64,000 nucleotides of DNA, taken from positions 1-64,000 of the forward strand of contig CAUYUJ010000284.1 of NCBI GenBank assembly GCA_963575745.1. Reading direction: 5' to 3'. The translations under genes and the position numbers were made by a program. The notes beneath the pieces were generated by a model. That model made no database searches and was not told the origin of the DNA. It saw nothing but the letters and a program-made list of their open reading frames with translations. Of this stretch, positions 49,674-62,203 are shown piece after piece (the first letter of the stretch is position 1; each line of letters starts with the position of its first letter). Source of the stretch: Prorocentrum cordatum (lineage: Eukaryota).

Positions 49674-51629
49674 GTTAGAACCACCCGCGCGCTTCGCGCG
49701 CGCTTAGGCTCTAGCACGCCCGAGCCCTTGACAAGCTGGCGCGTACAATTCTTGGGGGGCATCTTGGGGGCCTTGTGGGCGGTAGCAGGAGATTATGAGG
49801 GTTCCTTAATTCCAAAGCCCGTGTCACAGATTTCCCCTGGGGCTCTCTCAAACCACCAAAGGGTACCGAGGAAGCTCCACATGGTGGGGCTCTTGGGGGC
49901 CTGTGGGGTTTCCTGGGAGCTTCTTGGGGGCCTCTGAAAGTCTCGTTGGGATCTCTAGGGGACCTCTTGGAGCCTCTTGGAGAACTTTGTGGGGCCTGTT
50001 GGGGACTCCTGGGGTCCTCTAGGGGCGGAGAGCTTCAAATGTCCGTTCGGGGACCCCATCTAGGCCCCTTCTTGAGGCGCCCTGGGGCCCTCTTCGGCCG
50101 TCTTGGAGCCCTCTTAGGCCATTGGAGCCCTCGTTGGAGCCTCTAAGGCAGTCTTGGCACGATCTTGAGGACCTCTCGGGCCGTCTTGGACGCTGTGAAA
50201 GCCCGAGAAGCGAAGATGGTAAAAATGTGTGTGTATATATATATATATACGTTGTCCGAAGGAAATGGGGCCATGTTTGCATCCTGGGGCCCTCTTGGGA
50301 GGCTTCTTGGGGGCCGTTTGGAGCGTCATGGGGCGTCATAGGGGGCTCCTTGGCTGTGTTGGAGGCATCTCTGAGGCCATCTTGAGCCATCTGGGCCGTC
50401 TCGGAGGGCATCTAAATCGTTATGGAGCGCCGGCACCGCCGTGGGGGGCTGAAGCTGCCCCACCCGGCCTGGAACGCTTGACAAGTGTTTGGTGCACACC
50501 GTGCGATATTTATACGGCTGGCTCTGCATGCCTGAAGACAGCACCGTGTTCAACGTAGATCTTTTACAAAACCAATGTCGCTTCCGCGGGCTTCAGGCGA
50601 GCTCCCGCTGGCTTCCGCCAGCCAGATCGCCCTCGACTTACATCCGCTAGCTACCGCGGGCCGTCGGCTGGCCTCCGCCGTGGGCGAGAAGACGACTTTT
50701 GAATTCTTCGAAAATCAAAACTTTTACGCGCCGAGGGAGGGTCTTTGGGCATCGAACCACCGAAACGCGTGGCGCCAGACTTGAGAATCTACATAGAGCA
50801 CAATACTGGCCTGTTGGCATCCAGCCCATCCCGACACCGCGCTTGGGTTGTGATGCAGAGGTCGCTTGGATGCCTGTTCGGGTTTCTTGGGAAGCCTCTG
50901 GGAAGCCTCGGTTTTGAAGCATATTGGGGGTCGCTTGGGGGCCTCTTTTGGGTCTCTTGGGGCCTGAAGGCGATTTCGGGGTCTCCTTGGGCGGGATGGC
51001 TCGAAATCTCAATTCGAGTTCTCTCTCTCTCTCTCGTGGAGCCCTCTACTGGGCTCCGTTGGGACACTGTTGGGCACCTCGTGGGCCGAGAGAGTGCTTC
51101 TCACGAGCGCTTGCCTTGGGAACATTCGGCGGCGCGTTTCATACCCAGGGGGGTGGCCCCAAACATTCGGCACCGTCGACCAGAACCAGGGGGACTCCCC
51201 TCCTCCGTAACCCCCACCCCTCCCAAGGGGGGGGGTCCAAACCTCCCTACCCCCGGGGAGGAAGTGGGAGATTCCAACTGCCCCCAATATTTTCTCTTCC
51301 GGCTCTCCGGAGGGGGGGGTTCGAACCCCCCCCCCGTGCCAGTGTTGGCGCCTGCGCTGGCGGCGGCCGGCAGCACCAACGGCGGGGAAACAGCGACGAT
51401 GACCAGAGAGAGCCAGGCCGCAGCGAGAAAATACAAGTCGCCATATCGAGCCGTCGCTCCCCAAATGCCACCGGGGGCCCTTCGGAAGTTCCAGGAAACG
51501 CCTCAGAGGCGCCCAGCAGCCCTCACACATGCCCCTCAAACGCCCCCTAGACCCCTCTGACGAGACCCCGAAAGGCATCCATTTGAACTGTGACCCAAAG
51601 CCAAGACACGGTGGCGGGAAGACCCGAAA

Positions 51630-53290
51630 GCCACACCACCACCACCACAAACTACCACACCACCACAAACCACAACACCACCACCACCACCACCGCCACA
51701 ACCACCACGACCACCACAATCTATCACAATAACAACCACGACCACCACAAACCACTACACCACCACCACCAACCGCTTCCACCACCACCACCACCACCAT
51801 CCACCACAAACCACCACAACACCACAACAACCACCATAAACAACCACACCACCACCACCACCGCCGCCACCACAACCCACCACCACCACAACCCACCACC
51901 ACCATCACAAACTACCACACCACCGCCACCACAACCACCACCGTCACCACCACAACCACCCACCACCACGACCACCAGCACCAGCACCTCCACCAGCACC
52001 TCCACCACCACCACCACCACTACAACTACCACCACAAATCACCACACCACCACCACCACCGCCACAATCACCACCACCACAACCCACAAACCACCACCAC
52101 CACCACAAACCACCACACAACCACCACCACCGCCACCACTACCACCACCACAACCACCCACCACCACTTCCACCACCACCACCACCACCACATCCCACCA
52201 CCAATACCTCCACAACCACAATCCACCACCACCACCACCGCCACAACTACAACCACTACCATCACCACCACAAACCACCACCGCCACATCCCACCACACG
52301 TCGTGAACCACCAAAACACCAACACACAACCACCACCACCACCACCACCACCACACAACCACCACCACCACAAACCACCACCACTACAACCCATCACCAC
52401 GACCACCACCACATCCCACCAACACCACAACCACCACAACCACCATCACCACAAGAAAGCACCATACCACAACCACGACCACCACCACCACCACCACCAC
52501 CACTACCACCACCACCAGCACCTCCACCAGCACCACCACAACCCACCACCACACCACCACCATCACCCCACCACCACCACCACCACCCACCACTACAACC
52601 ACCAGAACAAAACACCACACCACCACCACCACCACAACCACCCACCACCACCACTTCCACCACAACAACCTACCTCGCGCCACAACCACTACCACCACCA
52701 CAACCACCACCACAAACCACTACACCACCACCACCACCTCCACCACCACCGCCACAACCACAACCCACCACCACAACTACCACCACCACCACCACACGCC
52801 ACCACACCACCACCTCCACCACCACAACCGACCACCACGACCACCACCACATCCCACCACCACCACAACCACCACCACCACAACAAACCCCCACACCACA
52901 TCCACGACCACCACCACCGCCACCACTACCACCACCACAACCCACCACCACCACCACAAACCACCAAACCACCACCATCACCATCACCACCACCACCACC
53001 ACCCAGCACCACAACCATCACAACGAAACACCACTACCACCACCTCAACCTACCTCGCACCACCACCACAACCACCAGGTCAAACCACCACACCACCACC
53101 GCCACCAACACCACCACCACAACCCACCACCACAACTACCACCACAACCACACGCCACCACACCTTCTCCACCACCACCACCACAACCACCACAACCACC
53201 ACAACAACCACCACCAACCACCACACTACCACCACCACCTCCACCACCACCGCCACCACCACCACCACTTCAACCCACCACCACCACATC
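51630..53290. repeat. Degenerate (CCA)n microsatellite, ~1.65 kb
   Basis: Direct reading; explains the poly-H, poly-T, poly-P and poly-V ORFs. Confidence 0.95.
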
Positions 53291-53940
53291 CTCAGAGAGG
53301 CCCCAAGAGACAACCAAGAGGCGCCCAGGAAGCTTCACAAATGTCCCTCAAAGGCCTCCGAGAGCCCTCCGAGGAGACCCCAAGAAGCATCCATTAGGAC
53401 TCTGACCCAAAACCAAGGCACGGTGGCTGGAAGGCCCGAAGGCCATGAGGCAAACACCTTTCGACGGAAGCGCCCCCAATGCCGTTTCGACGGTCTCCGC
53501 CGACGCCGGCGCATGCCCGAAGAGAGGGAGAGAGGACAAGGAGGGGAAGAGGGGGGAGAGGGTGGTGGTTCGAACCCCCCCCCTCCGTCCCCCCCCCCCC
53601 TCCGTCACGGGAGAAAGGGGGCGGGGGGGGGAATTCAAAACCCGCCCCCCCCCTTCAATCCTGGGGGTGGGGGGGTCCGGTTCCAACCCCCCCCCCCAAG
53701 GCCTCCAAGACAGCCCAAGAGCGCTACGAGACACCAAAGATGGCCCAAAGACGGCCCACGAGGGCCCAAAGAAGCCCCAAGAGCGCTCGAAGAGGACCCC
53801 CAAGAGGGCCCAAAGAGGCAACAATCATTCCGAACCATCCTGTGGTGTTGGGTCCTCGTTTTGAAGAGACAGCGCTCCGCGTCACTCCTCCGCTTCCTCC
53901 TTCCTCCCATCCTTGCCTCTGCTCTCCGCATGCCCATCCC

Positions 53941-54690
53941 ATTTCGGTACACCCCTCACACGCTTCGTGGCCCCATAGGGAGCTCCGCCGAAGGTCCCAG
54001 TGGCAGGGTTCGCATGGCCCCGCCGCGTCCATTTCGGCACACCCCTCACACGTTTCGTGACTCCTTGGGAGCTTCGAGGAAGGCCCCAGTGGAGTGTTCG
54101 CAAGGCACCGCCGCCTCTATTCCGGCACACTCCTCACACGCTTCATGGCACCATAGGTAGCTCGGCCGAAGGCCCAAGTGGCAGGGTTCGCATGGCACCA
54201 CCGCCTCGATTTCGGCACACCCCACACCCCTCACACGTTTCGTGGCCACTTGGGACCGAAGGCCCCAGTAGCAGGGTTTGCATGGCACCGCCGCCCCGAT
54301 TTCGGCACAATCCTCACACGTTTTGTGGCCCCACAGGGAGCTCCGCCGAAGGCCCCAATGGCAGGGTTTGTATGGCACCACCGCCTCTATTCTGGCACAC
54401 CCCTCACACGCTTCGTGGCCCCATGGGGAGCTCCGCCGAAGGCCCTAGTGGCACGGTTCGCATGCCACCGCCGGTTCCATTTCGGCACACCCCTCACACG
54501 CTATGCCGAAGGCCCCAGTGGCAGGGTTCGCATGGTACCGCCGCCTTCATTTCGGCACACCCCTCACAAGCATCGTGGCCCCATAGGGAGCTCTGCCGAA
54601 GGCCCTAGTGGCAGGGTTTGCATGGCACACCCGCCTCCATTTCGGCACACCCCTCACACGTTTCGTGGCCCCACAGGGAGCTCCACCGAG
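53941..54690. repeat. 90-bp tandem array, ~8.5 diverged copies
   Basis: ATTTCGGCACACCCCTCACACG-type anchor at ~53941, 54031, 54119, 54209, 54299, 54389, 54479, 54549, 54639. Confidence 0.9.
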
Positions 54691-55321
54691 GACGATACTC
54701 ACTCCGACGGAACCCACAAATGCATGTGATTGGGTCCATCGCCAAGATACGTGATCCTCATTGTGTTCATATGGTTTTTGCGTTCTCGCGTTTTCGGTCT
54801 TCCGACGCTCCAAGATTGCCCCAGAGGCCAGCAAGACCGCCCCAAGACGGCCCAAGAGGCCCCCCAAAAAAGGCGCCCAAGATCGCCCAAAAGGGCCCCA
54901 AAATGAGCCCAAGAGGAGGACCACGAACCGACAATACGAGTTTCGCCCTGGTCCTCGTCGGCCGTCTTGAGGGCATCTTGGGCGTCTTCGGGGCCTCTTG
55001 GGACCGTCTTGGGCGCTCTTGGGACCCCCTTAGCCTGTCGTGGCCCGTTTCGGGGCGAGCCCGGGCCGTCTTGGTAGCACTGGGACCCCCACAGAAACCC
55101 CTTGGGGCGCCATGGGGGGTACAGGCACCAGCCCGCCCCCCAGGGCCTACTCCGATGTTGGGATATATATATATATATATACATATATATATGTGTATAT
55201 ATATATACACAGACATACAAGTTTATGTGTATACATCTATATATATATATATATATCAGTCATACATACATACATACATACATACATACATGCATGCATG
55301 CATGCATGCATGCATGCATTC

Positions 55322-55358
<37 letters not shown>

Positions 55359-55856
55359 GTCAGATAGACAGACAGACAGACAGACAGACATAAATACAGA
55401 CATACAGACATACAGACATACCGGCATACAGACATACAGACGCGCATGCATGCATGCATACATGCATACATAAATGCATACATACAGGCAAACATACATA
55501 CATACGTACATACATACATATATGCACGCATTCATGCATACCTACAGCCGTACAGAATCACACATACATAGGTACACACATGCATGTATGCGATGCATGC
55601 ATGCATGCATCCATACATGCATCCATTCATGCGTTCATACAGTCATGCATACATGCATACGTGCATACAAGCATGCATGCATATAAACATGTACATCTAC
55701 ACATATGTGCACACATACATACATACATACATACATACATACATACATACATACATACATACATGCATGCATGCATGCATACATGCATACATGCACACAT
55801 ACATGCATACATACATGCATGCATGCATGCATACATACATGCATGCATTACATGCG

Positions 55857-57130
55857 CTAGAACCACGCTCGCTACGCGCGCGCTTAGGTTCTAGCGCAGG
55901 CCAGGACGCCTTCATGCCACATTGGCTAATGCCTCGACGATTCAGCTTAAGAGTTGCGGGGTCGTCGGAAGTAATGGCCGTCGTGGGGCACGGAGCCTTC
56001 GTGCCGTCTCGTGTCGGGCTCCGGACGTGCTTTCTTGGACTGACTCTCGGGCTGTTCTGGGGGTGTTTCAGGGATGTGCTGGGCCGTACTGGCGCTGTCC
56101 AGGGTTCACCCAGGAGGTTTCTTGGGCCGCTGAGGCGCTGTCTGGCCCTGCCTGAAGGCTATCTGGAGGCCTCCAGGGGGGGACAACAGGCACGCCTGTC
56201 ACCAGCGGGGGGGCCTCCTGGGGCTTCCCGGGGGGTCCCTTCGGGGCAGGGTGAGCCTTCCCAGGGGCTTATGGAGGGCCTCGTGGGGCTTCTTGGGAGC
56301 CTCTGGATGGGCTCTGGGAGCAGCCTGGGGCGTTCGGCCCACCCCGCCACCGTGCCAGGGTTGTGGCTCCGAGGCCTCTTGAGTGTTCGTTTGGATCTCG
56401 TGGTACGCCTCTCAGGGGCTTCTGGGCGGCAGGTTTGAGGTCTCTTGGGAGCCGGTTTGGGGCCTCTTGGGGTATTTGGGGGGTCTCTTGGGGGCGTCCT
56501 TGGGGCCTCTTGGAGGTCTCTTGGGGCCTCTTGGGGTCCTCTTGGGGCCTCTTGGGGCCCTTTCGGGGCGAAAAATTTGATTTTTGAATGTTTGGTCGCC
56601 CTCTGGGCCCACTCTTGGAACCTTCTCGGGGCCCTGTGGGCCCTCTTGGGCGCCTCTTGGGCTGTCTGGGGGCCCTCCAGAGCCGTCTTGGGGCCGTCTT
56701 GGAGCTCTTGGGGGCCTCCCGGGCTGTCTTGGGGCGCTCTGGGGGGCCTCTTCGGCCGTCTTGGAGCGTCGGCAAAAGTGCAAAGGCGAGAAAGCAAAAA
56801 ACATCGAAAAACACAATGGCGAATCTACGATTTTGACCTTTCGGGGCCCACTTCGGAGGCTTCTTTGAGGCTCTTGGGGCGTCTTGGGGGCTTCTTAGGC
56901 TGTCTTGGGGACATCTTGGGCGTCTTCGGGGCCTCTTGAGGGTTTCTTGGCCATCTTTAGGGCCCGCGTGGCCTGTCTTGGGCGTCCCCGGGAACCCTCC
57001 TGGGGGGCCGGCGCGCGCACGGGGAGTCTAGGCAACTGGCCGGGGGCCTCTCCGGGAACGCCCCCGAATGCCCGGACCACGCATGGGGGGTTGGGGCATC
57101 GGGCCCGGGGCCCCCATCCCTGTAGCCTGG
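55857..57130 (-). mobile_element. ~1.3-kb non-autonomous element between microsatellites, hairpin terminus
   Basis: CTAGAACCACGCTCGC-TAC-GCGCGCGCTTAGGTTCTAG directly after (CATA/CATG)n; same body motifs as 23160-24545; ends at (TG)(TA)n. Confidence 0.55.
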
Positions 57131-57138
57131 TGTGTGTG

Positions 57139-57220
<82 letters not shown>

Positions 57221-57892
57221 CATATATCGATATGTGTGTGTGGTGCGGTATACGCGGTGCAATTTGAGTGGTGAAATCGTGAAACCTCTGTGTTTCAATA
57301 TACTTTTGTGCAATATATATATATATATATATGTGGCGCGATCCATTTGGTGCAAAATATGTTGATCAACATGTGTGGCACATTATATGTGGTGCGAACA
57401 TATGTGGCGCAATGCAACGCACGCAATGCAAGACGATGCAAAGCGATGCAAGGCAATGCAAAGCAACGCAAGGCAATGCAAAACAATTCAGAGTAGCACA
57501 AAAGACGGCATGGCAATGCAAAGCAGCGCAAAGCAACGCAAAGCAGCGCAGTGCGAAGCAAGGGATAGCAGTGGAAAGCAATGCCAGGCAATGCAGGCCT
57601 AGACGACTGGCGGCGACGAGGCGGCGAGGGGCCGGCGACGGGCCGGCGACGGCGACAACACAGCCGCCAGACCGCCACACAGGCTCAGACGACGGGCGGC
57701 AACGAGGCGGCGACGGGACGGCGACGGCGACAACACAGCCGCCAGACCGCCACGCATGCCCAGCTCCTGAGAGAAGGAACGGGAACCCCCAAGTGCAAGC
57801 ACTGTCTGGGGAAGAAGCGGCACGCGGAGAGGGCCGGACATCTTCTGGATAGCGTCAGGGGGGAGAGGAGAATAGTATTCATAGTCCTAGGT

Positions 57893-58043
57893 TTAAGTCG
57901 GGCATGTCCCCCTACAGGGGGATTTTGCACGAAAGATAAAAAAAATACCCCACAAATATTCAAAAATAGCCAGAAAATACTCAACAATCGTCCCCTGACT
58001 ATATGTTTGAATATTCCCCTGTAGAGGGACACGCCCGACTTCA
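57893..58043. mobile_element. hAT-like MITE copy
   Basis: Family TIRs; the flanks share a longer duplication TCATAGTCCTAGG instead of a clean 8-mer. Confidence 0.7.
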
Positions 58044-58451
58044 TCATAGTCCTAGGAGCGCTCGCGCCACATCTGAGCGGTCTCCTGGGGGTCTCGGTGG
58101 TGCCCCCGGGGGGGGGGGAAGCGCCCCCCCTCAGGAGACGCGTGCGGCCGAGTCGTGCGGCCACAAACGGGAGCAAGGGCCATCGTGGGGCCCAGGCCGT
58201 CATCGGATTCCGAAAGCCAGAGAGGGGGAGGGGGAACGGGAGGGAGGGGGGGGAAGGGGGGGAGGGAAGGGAGGGAGAGGCTCTGAGAGGGGGGGGGGAA
58301 GAAGGAAGGGAGGGCGCGGAGGAGAGCTGTGGTGATGGGGGAACGGGGAGGACACGGCGGAGGTGGGGAAGGGGAGCACGGAGGATGGGGGGGGAAGAGG
58401 ACAGGAAGCAAAAGGAAAATCAGGAGCAGGGAAGAAGAGAGGGAGAAAGAA

Positions 58452-58534
<83 letters not shown>

Positions 58535-58902
58535 GCCCAGGGACGCACAAATAAATAGACACAATGTCCAGGATTCCCCAGCTGTTCCTGGATGTTCGTC
58601 TTCCCCTGCACGTCCCGTGTCTCCCGTCTATTTCCCAGGAAGCGGCAACTATGTGTGTCTGTGTGCTGCTCCCCTCCCGACGAGAGGCGAGGGAGGCGGA
58701 GGAGGAGCCAGCAGAGATGGAGAAGCAGCAGCAGCAGCAGCAGCAGCAGCCGCGCGGGCGCGGAGAGTCGAGCACGCGCGGGCGCGCGTTTCGGCTCGCC
58801 CTGGCGCGGCGCGCGGGCCGCGTTCGCAGCCCGCCGTGCCGGCGCCGAGGCGCGGCCGCAGCGTGCATTGTCCGAGGAGGGCATGGACTGCAAGAGTTGG
58901 GC

Positions 58903-59126
58903 GCCCGAATTATCCGGGGTAACTCGGGTCCGGGGTAACTCGGGTTTGGATTCCCAGAGAAGGAACCCGAGTTAGCCCTGACCCGAGTTATCCCTGATGA
59001 TTCGGGGCTCTGGACGCCCGAGTTATCCGGGGTAACTCGGGTCCGGGGTAACTCGGGTTTGGATTCCCGGAAAACGAACCCGAGTTATCCCTGACCCGAG
59101 TTACCCCTGATGATTCGGGGCTCTGA
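58903..59126. repeat. 113-bp tandem duplication of an internally palindromic unit
   Basis: Units start at 58903 and 59016; each has 2x GGGTAACTCGGGT facing 2x ACCCGAGTTA.CCC. Confidence 0.85.
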
Positions 59127-60035
59127 AAGAGTGGTGTGCCCCAGGAGCGGATCTTCTCGTCAAACCCACGAGCACCTACGCAGAAGTTCTGCAGATCTGC
59201 AAGCATGGGACGCATTTCTTCGCAGACTTGAGAAACGAAGGAATTCTGGGGCCAATCAATTCTGCTGTCGATCCCCTACTCGAATTGTCCTGGCTCCAAA
59301 AGGAGGGGCTCAGTGGGGGCCCCGGACACGGCAGGGCCACATTTTCACCGTTTCCAAAAAGTACCTCTTGAAAATGGGAGCGGTTAAAAACGGCAACCAG
59401 ACACGGCAACAAAAACGGCTTCGAAATGAAAACTGGAACCAGAACCGGCGCAAAGGCGGCCGCGGAACTGGAAAGAAACGGCGCCTGGGACAGGCAGGAA
59501 AACTACAAAACGGAGTCGGTCACAAGGTCCCTGTCCGGTCCAGGGCCCACTCGGAGGGGGGGGGGGCGCTGGGCCACCGCGCCGGAGGCGTGCCACGCTG
59601 GGCGCCAGGGCGCACGCACCTCGAGGCACCCGGCCCCGAGCCAAGCGGGCCGCGGCAGCGGCCACGGTTGGTGGTGCGCGCAGGGGGGGGCGGGGCCGTC
59701 GTCGTCGTCGTTGTCGTCGTCGTCGTCGACGTCGTCGTCGTCGTCAGACTCGGGGCCGCAGGGGGGGTGTCAGCGAGACTTACGACTCGGGTTCTGGGGA
59801 CTCGGGTTCGCCTGAGGAGGCAATGACGAGACCCAGTCTGAAATCTGACGCGAGCCCCCGCTGCAACATCCCACGCAGACTGGACCGTCAAATCCAGGAC
59901 GGGCTCGTCAGAAAAGTCGGCAAGCCCAGGCTCTGACGAACTCGAGTCTTACGTTTTCCAAAGGGGAGGGGGGGGGGGGGGGGCGGGGTGTGACTTGGGG
60001 GTCGCTCCCTCGTGCCACCCTTGTGGGCGCCGCTA

Positions 60036-60231
60036 CGGTCGAAATATGTAGCAAGGACGGGCGGTCAGGACGCAAGCGCCCTGGACGCCGACGCTGGCAC
60101 TTTTTGGGCCGGCGGACGGCCAACACCCTGGAAGGGCTGGGCCAGTGAAGACCGCGAAGGATGGGCCGCAGAGGCAAGGACGCAAGGGCACCCCAAGGAC
60201 CTCCGCGCGTCCTGTCTATGAATTTTGACTG
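60036..60231. mobile_element. TA-flanked MITE (AAGGATG family)
   Basis: TA|CGGTCGAAAT...ATTTTGACTG|TA; body homologous to 21048-21220. Confidence 0.7.
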
Positions 60232-60999
60232 TAAGGTGGAGGCCCATGCCGAGGAACGCCCCGTTTGCCTCCAGGGTGCCCTGGGCTTCTTGGGTCTCGT
60301 TTTCTTCTGCTATGGAGAGCGTGACGCGGCCACGCCGAGACTCCAGGGACGCCCTGGTTCCCCAGGGCCTTGGCTCCCTCTGGAAGGCTTCTCTTGCGGG
60401 CATGGGCCTCCCCTGCGCGAGGCGAGGAGCACCGAGGACCGGGGCGCCGAGGCGCCGGGCGCCTGCCCGGCCCCCGGCCCCTCCCCGGGGAAACCGCGGA
60501 GAAGGGGCGCGCCGCCTCGCCCGAGGCGGCCGCGGCGCAGGCCCGACCAGAACCGCCGAGGGCGCGGCGCCCGCACACCAGCAGCTGATGGGCCCATCTG
60601 CCACCACCGCTGCCACGGGTAGGAGGAGGGAGGAGGAGGAGAGGGAGGAGGAGGAGGGGGAGGAGGAGGAGGAGGAGGAGGAGGAGGAGGAGGAGGAGGA
60701 GGAGGAGGAGGAGGAGGAGCTCCCGATCCCCCCTTCTCCCCCGGCCCAGATCTGGCAGCGGTGGTGGCAGACCTGCCCATCGACAACCACCGCGCCCTGC
60801 CACAGGGCAGTCGGCCACCACGCCCGGGGCCCCCCCGGGCGGCGGCGCAGGCGCCCGCACGGCCCGAGGCGGCCACGCGCAGGAGCGGCTCTCCCGGGCG
60901 AGCGCGGCCTCCGGCGGAGGCCACGAGAGTGTACGCAGCAGGGGCCCGACCACAAGAAGCCTTCCACAAGGAACCCAGCCCTGAGACCCCAGGGCGTCC

Positions 61000-61148
61000 G
61001 AAGACTTGCACAAAAAAACCGGGATTGCACTTTAACGAAGGATTGCACAAAAAAACCCTCGTCCGAAGGGTTTTTTTGTGCAATCCTTCGTCCGAAGGGT
61101 TTTTTTGTGCAATCCTTTGTGCAATCCGGGTTTTTTTGTGCAATCCTT
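61000..61148. repeat. Palindromic insert of GGATTGCACAAAAAAACCC modules
   Basis: Perfect ~25-bp arms ACGAAGGATTGCACAAAAAAACCCT / AGGGTTTTTTTGTGCAATCCTTCGT; interrupts a copy of the 9713-9888 family. Confidence 0.8.
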
Positions 61149-61311
61149 GGATTCTTGGTGTGGGAGCGTCACGCTCTCCTCCACAAAACCATCGAAACCC
61201 AGGAAACCCAGGGCGCCCTGGAGGCAAGCGGGATGTTTCTTGGCATGGGCCTCTGTACACTGGCGCCCGAGGCCACACAGAGCGTGGCCTCCGCTGCGCC
61301 ACGAGAATATG

Positions 61312-61479
61312 CAGCCGGCCCGTATCAGAAGGATGCGTGATATGCATCCAAGGGCCTTATGGACACCCACTTCGAGGCTCCTCGAGCGGGGCGCGGCCAG
61401 CGAGAGTGGCCAAGGATGGGCCGAGGAGGCAAGCATGCAAGGGTACCAGGTTGTCCATCCTTACTATGCGGGTCGACTG
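61312..61479. mobile_element. MITE (AAGGATG family)
   Basis: Right end CATCCTTACTATGCGGGTCGACTG|TA; left end degenerate. Confidence 0.7.
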
Positions 61480-61865
61480 TACACACAGACACTCTGCCAC
61501 GAACTTTGCAAGGACGTACCTTCCAGGAGAGCGGCGGTGCAGGAAAGTCGCCCGCTCTCAGCGGTGACTTATGCACTGCCACCCTCCCCTGAGGCCAAGC
61601 AGCAGTCCATTGGCGGGTGTCCGTGGTGATTTACACACTGCCACCCTCCCCTGAGGCCAAGGAGCAGTGCATCGGAGGGTGTTCGTGCATATGCTTGTGT
61701 GGCGGATCTGGGGCGCAGCTTTGAGGGGCCGCGGGGGGAGGGGGGGGGGGGGGGGCAAATCCGAGCGCGTCAAGCACTGCGGTCGCATCGCATGCAGCCA
61801 TCCAGGGATCCCAGTGTGCCCGCACCAAAGGTCGGTGCGGCGAAAGGCCGCTCTCGCGTGTAGCC

Positions 61866-62028
61866 TTAGGTCGGGCCTGTCCCCCTACAGGCAGATGTTC
61901 GACGAAAACCTAAAAACACTTTTTAAACAAATACTCCACAATGGTCGAAAATAATAGAAGAACCGTTCCCATTTCAATGTTTGACTATGTTTGAATACTC
62001 CTCTTGTAGAGGGACAGGCCCGACGTAA
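61866..62028. mobile_element. hAT-like MITE, 8-bp TSD
   Basis: TTAGGTCGGGCCTGTCCC / GGGACAGGCCCGACGTAA; perfect TSD GTGTAGCC. Confidence 0.85.
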
Positions 62029-62203
62029 GTGTAGCCGACCGAGACCCGGGGGAAGCCCATGAGTGTGCGCCGCCCCAGGGCCCAGGATGGCCCCGAGCCA
62101 GGCACGGCGGTGGTGTGCAGACGCCCTCTGCGGAGGGCCTTCTCAGACGCCTTCCGAGAGACTCCCGATTCCTTCTACGCGGCACCACTGCTGAAACCAA
62201 AAG

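Noticed and set aside
51310..51335. tRNA gene from GGTTCGAACCC
   Set aside because: No cloverleaf, D-arm or acceptor stem can be built around it.
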